Source: Spirochaetia bacterium (GTDB taxonomy: Bacteria; Spirochaetota; Spirochaetia; SP-2023). From it: a DNA stretch of 64,000 nucleotides. Each line of letters starts with the position of its first letter. The first letter of the stretch is position 1. The stretch lies in the NCBI GenBank assembly GCA_965225855.1, contig CBDDCK010000005.1, forward strand, positions 128,001 to 192,000, in the 5' to 3' direction. Positions 30,525 through 40,459 of the stretch are shown piece by piece. The notes beneath the pieces are model-generated. The model searched no databases. It saw only the letters and a program-made list of their open reading frames with translations, and was not told the origin of the DNA. The position numbers and the translations under genes were made by a program.

Positions 30525-30952
30525 AAGCAATACCTCCAACAATGGATAAAGATTGGCCAACCCATACGGGCTAGTGTACAGTGCCCCATTTTGCTAGGGG
30601 GGGTGTTGCGTCAAGGCCTATATAAGCTTTTTGCAAGTTTTTTTGTGCTTTTTTTATGTTTTGGGCACTTTTTTTGTGTGTTAGTGTTGTAAGGTGGTTA
30701 AAAATCCATGCCAATCAAAAGGCTTGAGATTATTTGAGATACCTTGAGATTGCTTGAGATACCTTGGGTAAAAATTTGTAATACGCTAGACGCAGTCCGG
30801 GTGTTGCGTTGCGTTTCGTATGAAAGTATAAGAATTTGAGTTTTTTGTATCGCAGTACAGCCCAGTTTTTAGCAAAATAATACAATACAATTTTTTGCGA
30901 TTTTTTTAGAGACTGCCACAGTCTCATTGGAAAATCCCTAGGTTGCCAATCA

Positions 30953-31018
30953 AAAAAGCTAGTAAGGTTTTCAGTCAAAACCTTACTAGCTTTTTTCAGA
31001 AACCTTACTAGCTTTTTG
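30953..31018. repeat. Three copies (two direct, one inverted) of AAAAAGCTAGTAAGGTTT
   Basis: The same triple arrangement occurs at 44503-44568 inside the other cassette. Confidence 0.9.
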
Positions 31019-31401
31019 AGACCGTGGCCCGTTACCATGATATTTTGAAAGCATATTGTTGCCCAATTACTGCCGACAATGGCCCATAGGCCGAAAAACA
31101 AAAATTTTTTACTTGTTCCATTTGTGGATTCAGCCGAAAGGCATAAAAAAAGCGGTGCATGGTTTGGTTATCCTGGCACCGCTTTGGCTTTTTGAAGTTT
31201 TGAGCGTTTTTTCTCTGGTTTGGTGTTAAAAATGGATTCTGGCTTTTTCTCGTGCAATGAAAATTTTTTACTTTTTTATTTTGGTTTTACTTTTTTATTT
31301 TGGAAAGTAAGCCAATTTTACCTTCCCATTTGTTCCAAAAAATCCCGAGTTATCACGTCCTATCCCGTTAAGTTATCATGTCCTCTTTCAGAAAGTCTGT
31401 G

Positions 31402-31470
31402 CTTTGCCTTTTTGATATTAAAAGTTTAGGCTAAGCACTTGGCTTTACTTATACTTTAGGGTATATTGGG
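31402..31470 (+). promoter_or_regulatory. Copy of a repeated promoter module (TTGGCT-17 bp-TATATT)
   Basis: Near-identical to the reverse complement of about 16480-16530. Confidence 0.6.
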
Positions 31471-31500
31471 CTAAATTTTATCTACAATGTAGCCAAGACA

Positions 31501-31590
31501 ATGACCGATCAAGAATTAAAAGACTTAGTAGCCGGCGTAGCCATTGCCCAAGACCAAACGATTAAGCAAATCAGAGACTTAAGAGCTTTC
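31501..31590 (+). pseudogene. N-terminal fragment of a coiled-coil / PD-(D/E)XK-like (DUF3782-type) protein
   Basis: MTDQELKDLVAGVAIAQDQTIKQIRDL, cut off by another promoter-module copy. Confidence 0.5.
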
Positions 31591-31591
31591 C

Positions 31592-31700
31592 ATTTGCCTT
31601 TTTTGTTGGGTGCTAGGTCAAACCAAACTCTTGCTTTGATTTTTTACTAAAAGTTTAAGCTAAGCACTTGGCTTTATTTATGCTTTAGGGTACACTGGTC
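31592..31700 (+). promoter_or_regulatory. Third copy of the promoter module (TTGGCT-17 bp-TACACT), upstream of the ECH gene
   Basis: Aligns over about 100 bp with the reverse complement of 16480-16585. Confidence 0.6.
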
Positions 31701-31817
31701 CAGTATAAAATAAACTAAGGAATAGCCGAGTCTCTGAAGTATTTAGGTTCTTATACAATTATTGAAACAAATAAGTTTTACTTGCACTAGTTTAACTATT
31801 CCCGTAAAGTATCTGCT

Positions 31818-32561
31818 ATGATTGAAGTAATCGAAAAGCAATCGGATATGGTTATTGTGCAAATGAACGAGACCGAAGGCCCGAATATTTTTACAGAAAA
31901 GTTTGTATCTAAATTTATCCATATTTGGCAACAATTATGCAAAGTTATCAAACCGAAAGTAGTTATTTTGCAAGGGCGCAGTGATGTATTTTGTGCCGGA
32001 GGTGCCAAAGACACACTCATAGGATTAACCGAAGGCCGTATTAGCGTAGATGATCTAATTATTACAGATTTCATTGTCCAAGCTCCTTTCCCCGTTATTG
32101 CGGCTATGGAAGGCCATGCGATGGGAGGTGGACTTGTTATGGCTGCAGCTTGCGATATAGTACTTGCTTCACACGAAAGCCGTTATGGTGCAGTATTTAT
32201 GAATATGGGATTTACTCCCGGTATGGCGACTACAACTTTATTACCCCAACTGATGGGGCCGTACCTTGCAGCCGAAATGATGTATACTGGCAAACGTTTC
32301 AAAGGAAAGGAACTAGAGGGAAAAGGCTGTAATATAAACTATATAATACCGAAAGCCGAAGTACTGCCTAAAGCTAACGATATAGCCGGACAAATGGCTG
32401 AAAAGCCCAAAGAAAGTTTATATTTACTCAAACATAGCCTTGGAGCTGTAAAGAAAAAGCTTGTAGTGGAAGCCCGTTTACAAGAAGATTTAATGCATAA
32501 AATTTCTTTTAACTTACCAGAGACACAGTCTATAATTAAAGAATTTTATGCAGGCAACTAG
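31818..32561 (+). CDS. PksI-like enoyl-CoA hydratase/decarboxylase of polyketide beta-branching
   Basis: FCAGG, PVIAAMEGHAMGGG, FMNMGFTPGMATT, LAAEMMYTG. Confidence 0.82.
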   Translation: MIEVIEKQSDMVIVQMNETEGPNIFTEKFVSKFIHIWQQLCKVIKPKVVILQGRSDVFCAGGAKDTLIGLTEGRISVDDLIITDFIVQAPFPVIAAMEGHAMGGGLVMAAACDIVLASHESRYGAVFMNMGFTPGMATTTLLPQLMGPYLAAEMMYTGKRFKGKELEGKGCNINYIIPKAEVLPKANDIAGQMAEKPKESLYLLKHSLGAVKKKLVVEARLQEDLMHKISFNLPETQSIIKEFYAGN

Positions 32562-32587
32562 CAAATAAATCGAACTAGGAGTTTATT

Positions 32588-33427
32588 GTGTTTACTATTA
32601 ACATGCAAAAAAAAAATGTATTAATTACTGGAGGAACCAAAGGTATTGGCTTAGGGGCTGCAAAATACTTTGCCCAAGCAGGGGCCCAAGTATACCTTAC
32701 TTATAAATGGGGTTCTGCCGATATGCAAGCAATTCAATCCCAATTTGAGCAAGAATTGAAAGGTTTAGCTCCCATATTTATTCAAGCAGATGTTTCTCAT
32801 GAAGAAGACACCTTAGAAGTAATGGCTGAAATTGCCCAACATTGTGATTTTTTAGATGTATTTATTAGCAATGTTGGTTTTGCCTTAAAAACAGAAAGCC
32901 TTGATGATTATAAAAAGCGTTCACTATATAAAACTTTGGATTATAGTTCTTGGCCGATGGTTGATTACTGCCAACAAGCAAAAAAACAATTTGGTAAATA
33001 CCCCCGTTATGTTTTAGGCGTATCCAGTAACGGCCCAGAACATTACTACCCAGGCTATGATTTTGTAGCAGCTTCCAAAGCTATGTTAGAATTTTTTGGC
33101 CGCTATCTAGCTGTACATTTACAAAAAGAAGGTTCTTGCGTTAATGTTGTTCGGTTTGGTACGGTAAAAACCGAATCTTTTGAATTTATTTTTGGCGATG
33201 AATTTTTTGAGTTTTCGCAAAAAAATGGTGTTGACCCTAAATTCCAATTAACTGCAAATGACTGTGGCCAAGTATTATTTGCCCTTTGTTCTGGTTTATT
33301 TGATTCAATGAATGGACAACTATTACAGGTTGACCATGGCCTGCCATTTCAGGACAATCTGATGAACCATTTTAACTTTCTACAAAATCACAATTCTTGT
33401 GATCATTGGTATGTCGATGCTGGCTGA
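32588..33427 (+). CDS. SDR-family reductase, FabL-like enoyl-ACP reductase
   Basis: TGGTKGIG; YDFVAASKAMLEFFGRYLA (Y-x6-K spacing). Confidence 0.72.
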   Translation: MFTINMQKKNVLITGGTKGIGLGAAKYFAQAGAQVYLTYKWGSADMQAIQSQFEQELKGLAPIFIQADVSHEEDTLEVMAEIAQHCDFLDVFISNVGFALKTESLDDYKKRSLYKTLDYSSWPMVDYCQQAKKQFGKYPRYVLGVSSNGPEHYYPGYDFVAASKAMLEFFGRYLAVHLQKEGSCVNVVRFGTVKTESFEFIFGDEFFEFSQKNGVDPKFQLTANDCGQVLFALCSGLFDSMNGQLLQVDHGLPFQDNLMNHFNFLQNHNSCDHWYVDAG

Positions 33428-33466
33428 ATACATTGATAAAACTAAAGCCTTACAAGGAGCAATATT

Positions 33467-33712
33467 ATGCAAAAAAAAGAAATCATTGCGGTAATTAAAC
33501 AACAGATTGTGGACAATTTGGATGATGTCAATATTGAGGATATAGACCCCAATAAGTCTATGAAAGACTATGGAGCTAATAGTTTGGATATTATAGAAGT
33601 GGTCTCTTGTTCTATGCGTGAATTAAAGATAAAGGTTCCACGAGCAGAATTGGCTGATATTACTACTATTGACGAATTGGCGAATAAATTTGTGGAAGTT
33701 GTCAATTCTTAA
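33467..33712 (+). CDS. Stand-alone acyl carrier protein, AcpK-like donor ACP
   Basis: SMKDYGANSLDIIEVV: the GANS phosphopantetheine motif typical of beta-branching donor ACPs. Confidence 0.85.
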   Translation: MQKKEIIAVIKQQIVDNLDDVNIEDIDPNKSMKDYGANSLDIIEVVSCSMRELKIKVPRAELADITTIDELANKFVEVVNS

Positions 33713-33724
33713 AACTAATTACTT

Positions 33725-33775
33725 AAAAAAATGCCTCTGTAAAATATTTATTCTTATTTGCGGAGGCATCTTTTT
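33725..33775. terminator. Bidirectional intrinsic terminator between convergent genes
   Basis: A-run, ATGCCTCTGTAAA...TTTGCGGAGGCAT, T-run. Confidence 0.7.
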
Positions 33776-33799
33776 ATATGAATTGCAACTATTTTTAGG

Positions 33800-34753
33800 C
33801 TAGATTTTTTGAGTAATAAGAGTAGCGAATATACCTCTAATTGGCAGGCCGTCTTCTGCAACTTTGCCTAGGTGTCCGTAACTTTCGCGATATTCAAGAA
33901 TCGTCCAGCCTTGTTGCATATATAAATATTTTACTTGATCACTGTGAGGTAAGAAATGAAAGCTGCTAGGCCAAATGATTTTTGGGTTCTCACTGGCAAT
34001 GGGGAATACCAACAGATGCAAAGCTCCGCTAGAAGCCCTTTCCATGCAGTGGGATAGTAACGCTGGAGAGGCATCCGCCTGAAGGAATTGTAAGCTAACG
34101 ATAGCCATGGTAATATCGTGGGCTGGAGCTTCACGCCAAGTATTGAGATCGACTTGTTGGACTATGAGTTTCTTCTCTAAATTTTCGGCCTTAGACATGT
34201 TTTCCAATGTTTTAAGACTATTAATATTTTTATCTATTCCCATTACCTTGTATTCTTGATTTTTATCCCCAGCGAAGATGACAGAATTTCGCCCACGACC
34301 ACAACCTAAATCGAGAATTTGAAGCGGGCGCAAACCCAATTGGGGGTGAAGTTGAATGTAATAAGATTTAAAATAAGAAACTTCGCTATGAGGCTGCCCA
34401 AGACCGTTATCATGATTAAATTTTTTATTGAAATATAGATTGGGAATAGTGGAAAATTTTGCAACTCCAGTAATATCAGCTCCTAAATTTTTGAGCTGAA
34501 AAAACTGCCCTGGATAAAGTAAATAAGACTTTGTATCGTTTAAGCTTTTTTCACTACAGAAGCTTAATTGTAAATTCTCTTGTGATTTGCGAGTAGGGCC
34601 CAATTTATATAGGGAAAGTTGCAATTGGGAAGAATGCTCTGGCTTTAATTGCAACCAAGTGCCTTCTGGTACAAGTTGGATATCTTCTTTTGCCAGCGAG
34701 GCTAATGGCACAGTGCGAAATACAATAAGATGCTCTGTTTTGAATTGTAACAT
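33800..34753 (-). CDS. tehB: TehB-like SAM-dependent methyltransferase
   Basis: GTW..L N-terminal domain, PHSEV, LDLGCGRGRNS, GWTILEYRE..GHL, ATLITQK. Confidence 0.78.
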   Translation of the reverse strand: MLQFKTEHLIVFRTVPLASLAKEDIQLVPEGTWLQLKPEHSSQLQLSLYKLGPTRKSQENLQLSFCSEKSLNDTKSYLLYPGQFFQLKNLGADITGVAKFSTIPNLYFNKKFNHDNGLGQPHSEVSYFKSYYIQLHPQLGLRPLQILDLGCGRGRNSVIFAGDKNQEYKVMGIDKNINSLKTLENMSKAENLEKKLIVQQVDLNTWREAPAHDITMAIVSLQFLQADASPALLSHCMERASSGALHLLVFPIASENPKIIWPSSFHFLPHSDQVKYLYMQQGWTILEYRESYGHLGKVAEDGLPIRGIFATLITQKI

Positions 34754-35124
34754 GAGTCGCTCCTAAATTAATGAAAATATATCGGTATTATGTGAGCCAA
34801 ATATTTAGTTAATGACAAAACTAATGACAAAACTTTATTTTTTAGAAAAATAAAGGTAGGAAAATTTATTCAACAGATTATATTTACAAGAAAGGCACAA
34901 AGCTAGAACTATCTTGGGTAAAGAATATAAATAAAATTAACAATAGTGGTTCTAATATTGGGCCAAAACTCAAAGCAAATGAAGAATTATATTTGATTAT
35001 CTAATTTTAGTGATTCTATTATTGCCATATAAAATTTTTCTTGTAAACTAGCGGGATACATAAAAGTGTAGCAGGTTTTGCTATCTTGATTACATTTTTT
35101 TAGACTTTCTAAACAGAGGATTAT

Positions 35125-35541
35125 ATGTTTGAGCGAACTACATTTGGGAAAACTTTAGGAATACTTGAGCGATCGATGCAAGTGGCAAGTATTCGCCGTG
35201 ATGTTATTGCCAATAATTTGTCGAATGCGAGTACTCCAAATTTTAAGCGTAGCCAATTGTCTTTTGAGGCTCAGCTAGGTAGGGCTTTGGCATCAGAACA
35301 AGAGCCCATACTGCCACTCAAGCAAACAAATGCTCGACATATCAATCCTTTTGAATCATATGATTATCGTAAAATTAAGCCACGCCGTACTTTAGATTAT
35401 CTAAGTCAAAGTGATAATAATGGCAATAATGTGGATTATGATCAAGAAGTAGGAGATGCTTTAAAAAATCAAATGCGTTATGAGTCAATGGCAGCATCTA
35501 TTGGTTTTCATTTTGGACAAATAAAAAAAATTTTATCTTAG
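35125..35541 (+). CDS. flgB: Flagellar basal-body rod protein FlgB
   Basis: IANNLSNASTPNFKRS, NNGNNVD. Confidence 0.96.
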   Translation: MFERTTFGKTLGILERSMQVASIRRDVIANNLSNASTPNFKRSQLSFEAQLGRALASEQEPILPLKQTNARHINPFESYDYRKIKPRRTLDYLSQSDNNGNNVDYDQEVGDALKNQMRYESMAASIGFHFGQIKKILS

Positions 35542-35568
35542 AAGATTTTTTGTTAAGGTGTAAATATT

Positions 35569-36027
35569 ATGGGAATTTTTTCAGCAATTAATATTGCTAG
35601 CTCGGGTATGAGCGCACAGAATATTCGCAAAGATGTAATTGCGAACAATATAGCGAATGCAAATACTACGCGTACGCCAGAAGGTGGCCCTTTTCGCCGA
35701 AGCCGGACGATTTTAAAAACGGCCAATTCACAACCTTATTGGCGGTCGCCATTTTTACCAGAAGCTTTAGATAATGGTATTGGTAAAGGGGTGATTGTTG
35801 ATAAGATCGAAAAAGATATGAGTGATTCTCGATTAGTTTATGATCCCACCCACCCCGATGCACAGAAAACTGGAAGATTGGCTGGATATGTGGAATACCC
35901 CAACGTCAATATTATGGAAGAAATGGTTGATATGACAGAAGTTCAACGTGCTTATGAAGCAAATGCTCGGATTGTAGATGGTTCTAAAAGTATGTATAAA
36001 AGTGTTGTTGATCTTTTGCGTGGATAA
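35569..36027 (+). CDS. flgC: Flagellar basal-body rod protein FlgC
   Basis: NIANANTTRTPEGGPFRR, YDPTHPDA, GYVEYPNVN. Confidence 0.97.
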   Translation: MGIFSAINIASSGMSAQNIRKDVIANNIANANTTRTPEGGPFRRSRTILKTANSQPYWRSPFLPEALDNGIGKGVIVDKIEKDMSDSRLVYDPTHPDAQKTGRLAGYVEYPNVNIMEEMVDMTEVQRAYEANARIVDGSKSMYKSVVDLLRG

Positions 36028-36056
36028 TATTATTTTAATTCTTTTAGAGTTTATAT

Positions 36057-36416
36057 ATGAACATAATTCGTGATTTACCTAACTTTCAAGCTAAAACTAT
36101 TCAGCGTCCTGATACCAATTTACGCAGTACCAATCCTTTGCACCTTACAAAAGATGGTCAAATGCCCGGTGTTATTGATAATCAAAAGTCAGAGCTTGGT
36201 ACTTTTGGTGATATGGTTTTAGATGCTTTAGGCCAAACAAATAATCAAATTTTAGACAGTCAATTATTGCAACAGCAGGCTATTGTAAGCCCTGATTCTG
36301 TTGATCCTTCTACTATAGTAGTGAGTATGCTCAAAGCTGATATGAGTTTGAGCTTGACTAAAGCGGTAATTGATCGCGCCATTGCAGCCTATAAAGAACT
36401 AACTACTGTTCGTTAG
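36057..36416 (+). CDS. fliE: Flagellar hook-basal body protein FliE
   Basis: Position; KADMSLSLTKAVIDRAIAAYKEL. Confidence 0.9.
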   Translation: MNIIRDLPNFQAKTIQRPDTNLRSTNPLHLTKDGQMPGVIDNQKSELGTFGDMVLDALGQTNNQILDSQLLQQQAIVSPDSVDPSTIVVSMLKADMSLSLTKAVIDRAIAAYKELTTVR

Positions 36417-36467
36417 TGAATAGATTTTTTAGTAGACTATAAGGAATTTTTGTGAGGGGCGTATATA

Positions 36468-38171
36468 ATGGGTGATTTTTTTAGAAACATCCTTCATGCC
36501 ATAATTAATAATTGGAATAAATGGTCGGCCATTCAGCGTTTCATCTTTATAGGTGTAGTTGTTCTTTTTTTCGCTACCTTTGTCTCGTTATTTTTTTGGG
36601 GTAGTGCTCCAGTTCAGACGGCAATATTTAATATTTCGATTCAAGATCAGAATGTTCTCGATCAAGTGGCGTTGCGTTTAGATCAAGAAAATATTCCTTA
36701 TACAATTAGTAGCGGTAAAATATATGTTGCTGATAGTAAAACAGCTCGAATGGTTCGTGCTCTATTAGTGCAGGAAGATTTAGTGCCGTCGAATATCAAT
36801 CCGTGGTCCGTTTTTGATGTGGATCGTTGGACGACATCGCAATTTGAGAATGATGTTCGATTGCGTCAAGCCATTACCCAAAGTTTGGAGCAACATATTA
36901 CGGCATTGAAGACCATTGATAATGCTTCGGTAACGCTTGTAACGCCTAAGAAAGAGGTTTTCAGGGATTTGCAGGAACCAACTACTGCATCTGTAATTCT
37001 TACCCCTAGGCCGGGTATTAATTTAGAAGAAGAGAAAAAACAAGTACAAGGGATTGTTCGTTTAATTAGCTTTGCTGTTGCTGGATTGGTGCCAGATAAT
37101 ATTACTGTATTGGATAATAATGGTGTAGTTTTAAATGATTTTGAAAGTCTCAGAGATTTTGATCGTCTTGCGTTGGGTGCAAAAGTGCTAAAGCAAAAGA
37201 AGATTGTAGAAGCCGAATTAACTCGAAAAATTTCGCAATCTCTTAGCCGTATTATTGGTAAAGATCGTTTGGAAATTATCAACGTGGCTATTGACTTAGA
37301 TTATATCGACCGCAAAGAACGTTCTAAAGAGTTTTTGCCTATTACTCTAAAGGAAGATGACCCAAAAACACCTTACGATGAGACAGAAGTTTTAGCACCG
37401 GCACCAATTTCTGAAGTAGTAACAAAAGAAAATTTTGAAGGTAGTGCATTTAATCCTGAAGGACCCGCAGGGCAAGAAGGCCAAACTCCACCCGGCTATA
37501 AAGAATTAGAAAATACGCCTGGAAAATACGTTAAAGATTCTACTGTCAATAATTACCAATATGGTGAAAGAGAAAAGGAAGAAACAGCGAGTCCTTTGGA
37601 TATTAAAAAGATTGCAGTTGGTGTTGCCATTGATGGGACTTGGGAGAAAGTTTACGATGAATCGGGTTGGCTCAAAATAGTTAATGGAAAAATTGAAAGA
37701 GAATACAAACCTGTTCCTCCAGATATTTTGGCCAATATTCGCAACGTTTTAAAAGATTCTTTAGGTATCGATGAAACTAGGGGCGATACGGTTACAGTTG
37801 AAAATATACCTTTTAACCGTAGTCTCCAATTTTCTCAAGAAGATGAGGTCTATGAAACAGCTAAGGCACGGCAGCGCATTTTACTGATTTTGCTCGGTGC
37901 TCTAGTTGGGCTTGCTCTCTTGGTGCTATTACTGCGTTTTATTATAAAAGAACGTGATCACCGCAGGCGTGAACGCCAAGAGGAATTGGAACGACAACAT
38001 CAAGCGATGCGTGAAGCTGCGTTGCGTGCAGCAGAAGAAGATATTGCAAATTCCCAGATGGCTGAAGCCAATCGGGGCAATATAGAGTTGCAAGAGAGTG
38101 CTGTAAATTTAACACGTGATAACCCAAAGGGTGTGGCTCAACTAATACGAGTGTGGATGGCAGATGATTAG
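36468..38171 (+). CDS. fliF: Flagellar M-ring protein FliF
   Basis: Two TM segments; ASVILT, AVAGL..DNIT, NPKGVAQLIRVWM. Confidence 0.96.
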   Translation: MGDFFRNILHAIINNWNKWSAIQRFIFIGVVVLFFATFVSLFFWGSAPVQTAIFNISIQDQNVLDQVALRLDQENIPYTISSGKIYVADSKTARMVRALLVQEDLVPSNINPWSVFDVDRWTTSQFENDVRLRQAITQSLEQHITALKTIDNASVTLVTPKKEVFRDLQEPTTASVILTPRPGINLEEEKKQVQGIVRLISFAVAGLVPDNITVLDNNGVVLNDFESLRDFDRLALGAKVLKQKKIVEAELTRKISQSLSRIIGKDRLEIINVAIDLDYIDRKERSKEFLPITLKEDDPKTPYDETEVLAPAPISEVVTKENFEGSAFNPEGPAGQEGQTPPGYKELENTPGKYVKDSTVNNYQYGEREKEETASPLDIKKIAVGVAIDGTWEKVYDESGWLKIVNGKIEREYKPVPPDILANIRNVLKDSLGIDETRGDTVTVENIPFNRSLQFSQEDEVYETAKARQRILLILLGALVGLALLVLLLRFIIKERDHRRRERQEELERQHQAMREAALRAAEEDIANSQMAEANRGNIELQESAVNLTRDNPKGVAQLIRVWMADD

Positions 38172-38235
38172 AATTAAGTACTTCGCCAGCAATTAGATAC
38201 CGGAGGAGTTAAATAGTTCAGAGGAGTATTGTTAT

Positions 38236-39267
38236 ATGTCGAAATTGAAAACGGGGGCAGCAGAACATGAGGTTTTATCGGGTCGCCAGAAAGTTGCTAT
38301 TTTTCTTGTTACTCTGGGAGCCGAAATATCGGCCAATGTATTTCAGCACCTAACTCAAGAAGAAGTCGAAACCATTACTTTTGAGATTGCTCGTTTAGGT
38401 AATATTAAGTCCGAAGATCGCGATCTTGTTCTGCAAGAATTTCAAGAAATGATGATGGCTCAAGATTTTATGGCTTCTGGTGGTGTTGATTATGCCCGCG
38501 AGTTGCTAGAAAAATCGATGGGCGCTGATAAAGCGATTGAGATTATCAATCGTCTAACCTCATCTTTAAAATCCCGTCCTTTTGATTTTGTACGCCGTGC
38601 AGACTCGCAGCATATTCTCAATTTTATCCAACAAGAACATCCTCAGACCATTGCTTTGATTCTCTCGTATATTGATGCGGCTAAAGCTTCTGCAGTGCTT
38701 GGGGGCTTGGACCATGAAATGCAGTCTGAAGTGGCTAAACGCATTGCCAATATGGAACGTTCGTCTCCAGAAGTGATTAGGGAAGTTGAGCGCGTTTTGG
38801 AAAAAAAATTGTCTTCTATTTCTTCCGAAGATTTGGCCATTGCTGGTGGTGTGGATAGTATCGTTGAAATATTGAATACAATCGACCGAGCAACCGAACG
38901 CAGTATTATGGAAAGTTTAGAAGAAGATGATCCAGAGCTAGCCGAAGAAATCCGCAAAAAAATGTTTGTCTTTGATGACATTGTTATGCTAGATGATGGT
39001 TCGATCCAGCGGATGCTAAAAGAAGTTGATCAACAAGATTTAAGTAAAGCTTTAAGGGCTGTAGATGATGGGGTAAAAGATAAAATTTTCCGTAATATGT
39101 CAAAGCGTGCAGCGGCAATGTTGGAAGAGGATATGCAGTTTATGGGTCCTGTCCGTATGAGTGATGTTGAAGATGTACAACAAAAAATAGTTGGTATTAT
39201 TCGTAAGCTAGAAGAAGCGGGTGAAATTATTATTGTTCGTGGTGGTGATGAAGACCTATTAGTTTAA
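38236..39267 (+). CDS. fliG: Flagellar motor switch protein FliG
   Basis: GGVDYARELL, EHPQTIALILS, MFVFDD, MGPVRMSDVE. Confidence 0.97.
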   Translation: MSKLKTGAAEHEVLSGRQKVAIFLVTLGAEISANVFQHLTQEEVETITFEIARLGNIKSEDRDLVLQEFQEMMMAQDFMASGGVDYARELLEKSMGADKAIEIINRLTSSLKSRPFDFVRRADSQHILNFIQQEHPQTIALILSYIDAAKASAVLGGLDHEMQSEVAKRIANMERSSPEVIREVERVLEKKLSSISSEDLAIAGGVDSIVEILNTIDRATERSIMESLEEDDPELAEEIRKKMFVFDDIVMLDDGSIQRMLKEVDQQDLSKALRAVDDGVKDKIFRNMSKRAAAMLEEDMQFMGPVRMSDVEDVQQKIVGIIRKLEEAGEIIIVRGGDEDLLV

Positions 39268-39300
39268 GCGAGAATGAGAGAAGGAGCGGATAAATAGAAT

Positions 39301-40353
39301 ATGAATAAGCGAGACAAGATTTTTCACCCCACGGAAATTATTGATCTTACTCGTCAATCGCAGCGAGAAATTAATATTGCGATACCGAAATTTGACGATG
39401 TTGAAGAAGTTGTTGAGGTATATACAGGCCCTAGTCCTGATGATATACGCCAAGAGATTGCTGGATTGAGAGAACAGTGGCAACGCCAAAAATCACAAGA
39501 GCAAGAAAATCTGCAGTCTAATTTAAATATGCAACGCTATAATTTGAATGAAGAGTTGGAAGAGTTGCGGAAAAATGCTCAAGATAATGCGGAACAAATT
39601 TTGCATAATGCGAAGCAAGAAGCTCAAAATATTGTTGCTCATGCACAGCAGCAAGCTGAGGAAATGCTATCAAATTCCAAATTAAAAATAGAAATTTTGG
39701 AAGATGAAGGTAGGGAAAAAGGTCTGAAAGAAGGTATCAAAGAAGGTTATGAACAAGGTTTTGCTGAAGTAAGGCGGCTGACAAGCCAATTACACTATAT
39801 GATATCGGGGGTGTTGCAGCGTCGCGAAGAAATTATTGCTTCACTAGAGAGTGATTTGATAGATTTGACTTTGTTGATTGCCCGTAAGGTAGTGAAAGTC
39901 CTTTCAGAAAACCAGAAAGATATTGTTATTTATAATACTTTAGAGGCTCTCAAAAAATTGCGTTGTCGTGGTAGTGTAACGTTGCGTGTCAATCCCGAAG
40001 ATTTGAATGTTTGCTTAGAAAATAAGGAACATTTCATACGAGAAGTGGAAAATCTAGAAGGTGTCCATGTAGTTGAGGATCAAATTTTACAGCGGGGTGG
40101 TTGCATTGTAGAAAGCGACTTTGGTGAAATTGATGCTCGGATTTCTTCACAATTGCGTGAAGTTGAAGATAAAATTCTTTCTGTTAGGCCTATGCGTAGA
40201 CGCAGTCCGCGGCGGCTTAGCGAAGATATTATTCGTAAAGATGAAGAAGAATTGGAAAATTTTGTGAATTCCATCTCTGCTGAAAACGAAAGTTCGGCTG
40301 TTGTTTCCAGTACATCACTGCAGAATGATTCTTCCAATGTAATTTCTCCGTAA
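39301..40353 (+). CDS. fliH: Flagellar assembly protein FliH
   Basis: GxxxG repeats, VNPEDL, GGCIVESDFGEIDARISSQL. Confidence 0.95.
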   Translation: MNKRDKIFHPTEIIDLTRQSQREINIAIPKFDDVEEVVEVYTGPSPDDIRQEIAGLREQWQRQKSQEQENLQSNLNMQRYNLNEELEELRKNAQDNAEQILHNAKQEAQNIVAHAQQQAEEMLSNSKLKIEILEDEGREKGLKEGIKEGYEQGFAEVRRLTSQLHYMISGVLQRREEIIASLESDLIDLTLLIARKVVKVLSENQKDIVIYNTLEALKKLRCRGSVTLRVNPEDLNVCLENKEHFIREVENLEGVHVVEDQILQRGGCIVESDFGEIDARISSQLREVEDKILSVRPMRRRSPRRLSEDIIRKDEEELENFVNSISAENESSAVVSSTSLQNDSSNVISP

Positions 40354-40459
40354 TATATGAAAGCCAAAGTTTGGCAAGTCAAAATTTGGCAAGCGGAAAA
40401 TAAAAAATCGAAAACTTCCGTTCACTTTTACTGCATTTGTTATTGCAGAAGGCGTTTTT

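Larger units (their letters stand above)
28270..31390 (-). mobile_element. Non-autonomous cassette with terminal inverted repeats carrying lipoprotein paralog 2
   Basis: Left end TGATGCAGGACGTGATAAC-N11-GGACATGATAACTCG; right end (reverse complement) TGAAAGAGGACATGATAAC-N11-GGACGTGATAACTCG; no transposase inside; no target duplication seen. Confidence 0.7.

Noticed and set aside
28260..31400. Target-site duplications at the cassette ends
   Set aside because: Flanks (CTACGC / GAAAGT and AATAGT / CGACCA) do not match, directly or after inverting the intervening segment.
30730..31429. ORFs inside the cassette ends as a transposase (also 44394-44732)
   Set aside because: They run across promoter, A-tract and repeat DNA and have no DDE or integrase motifs.
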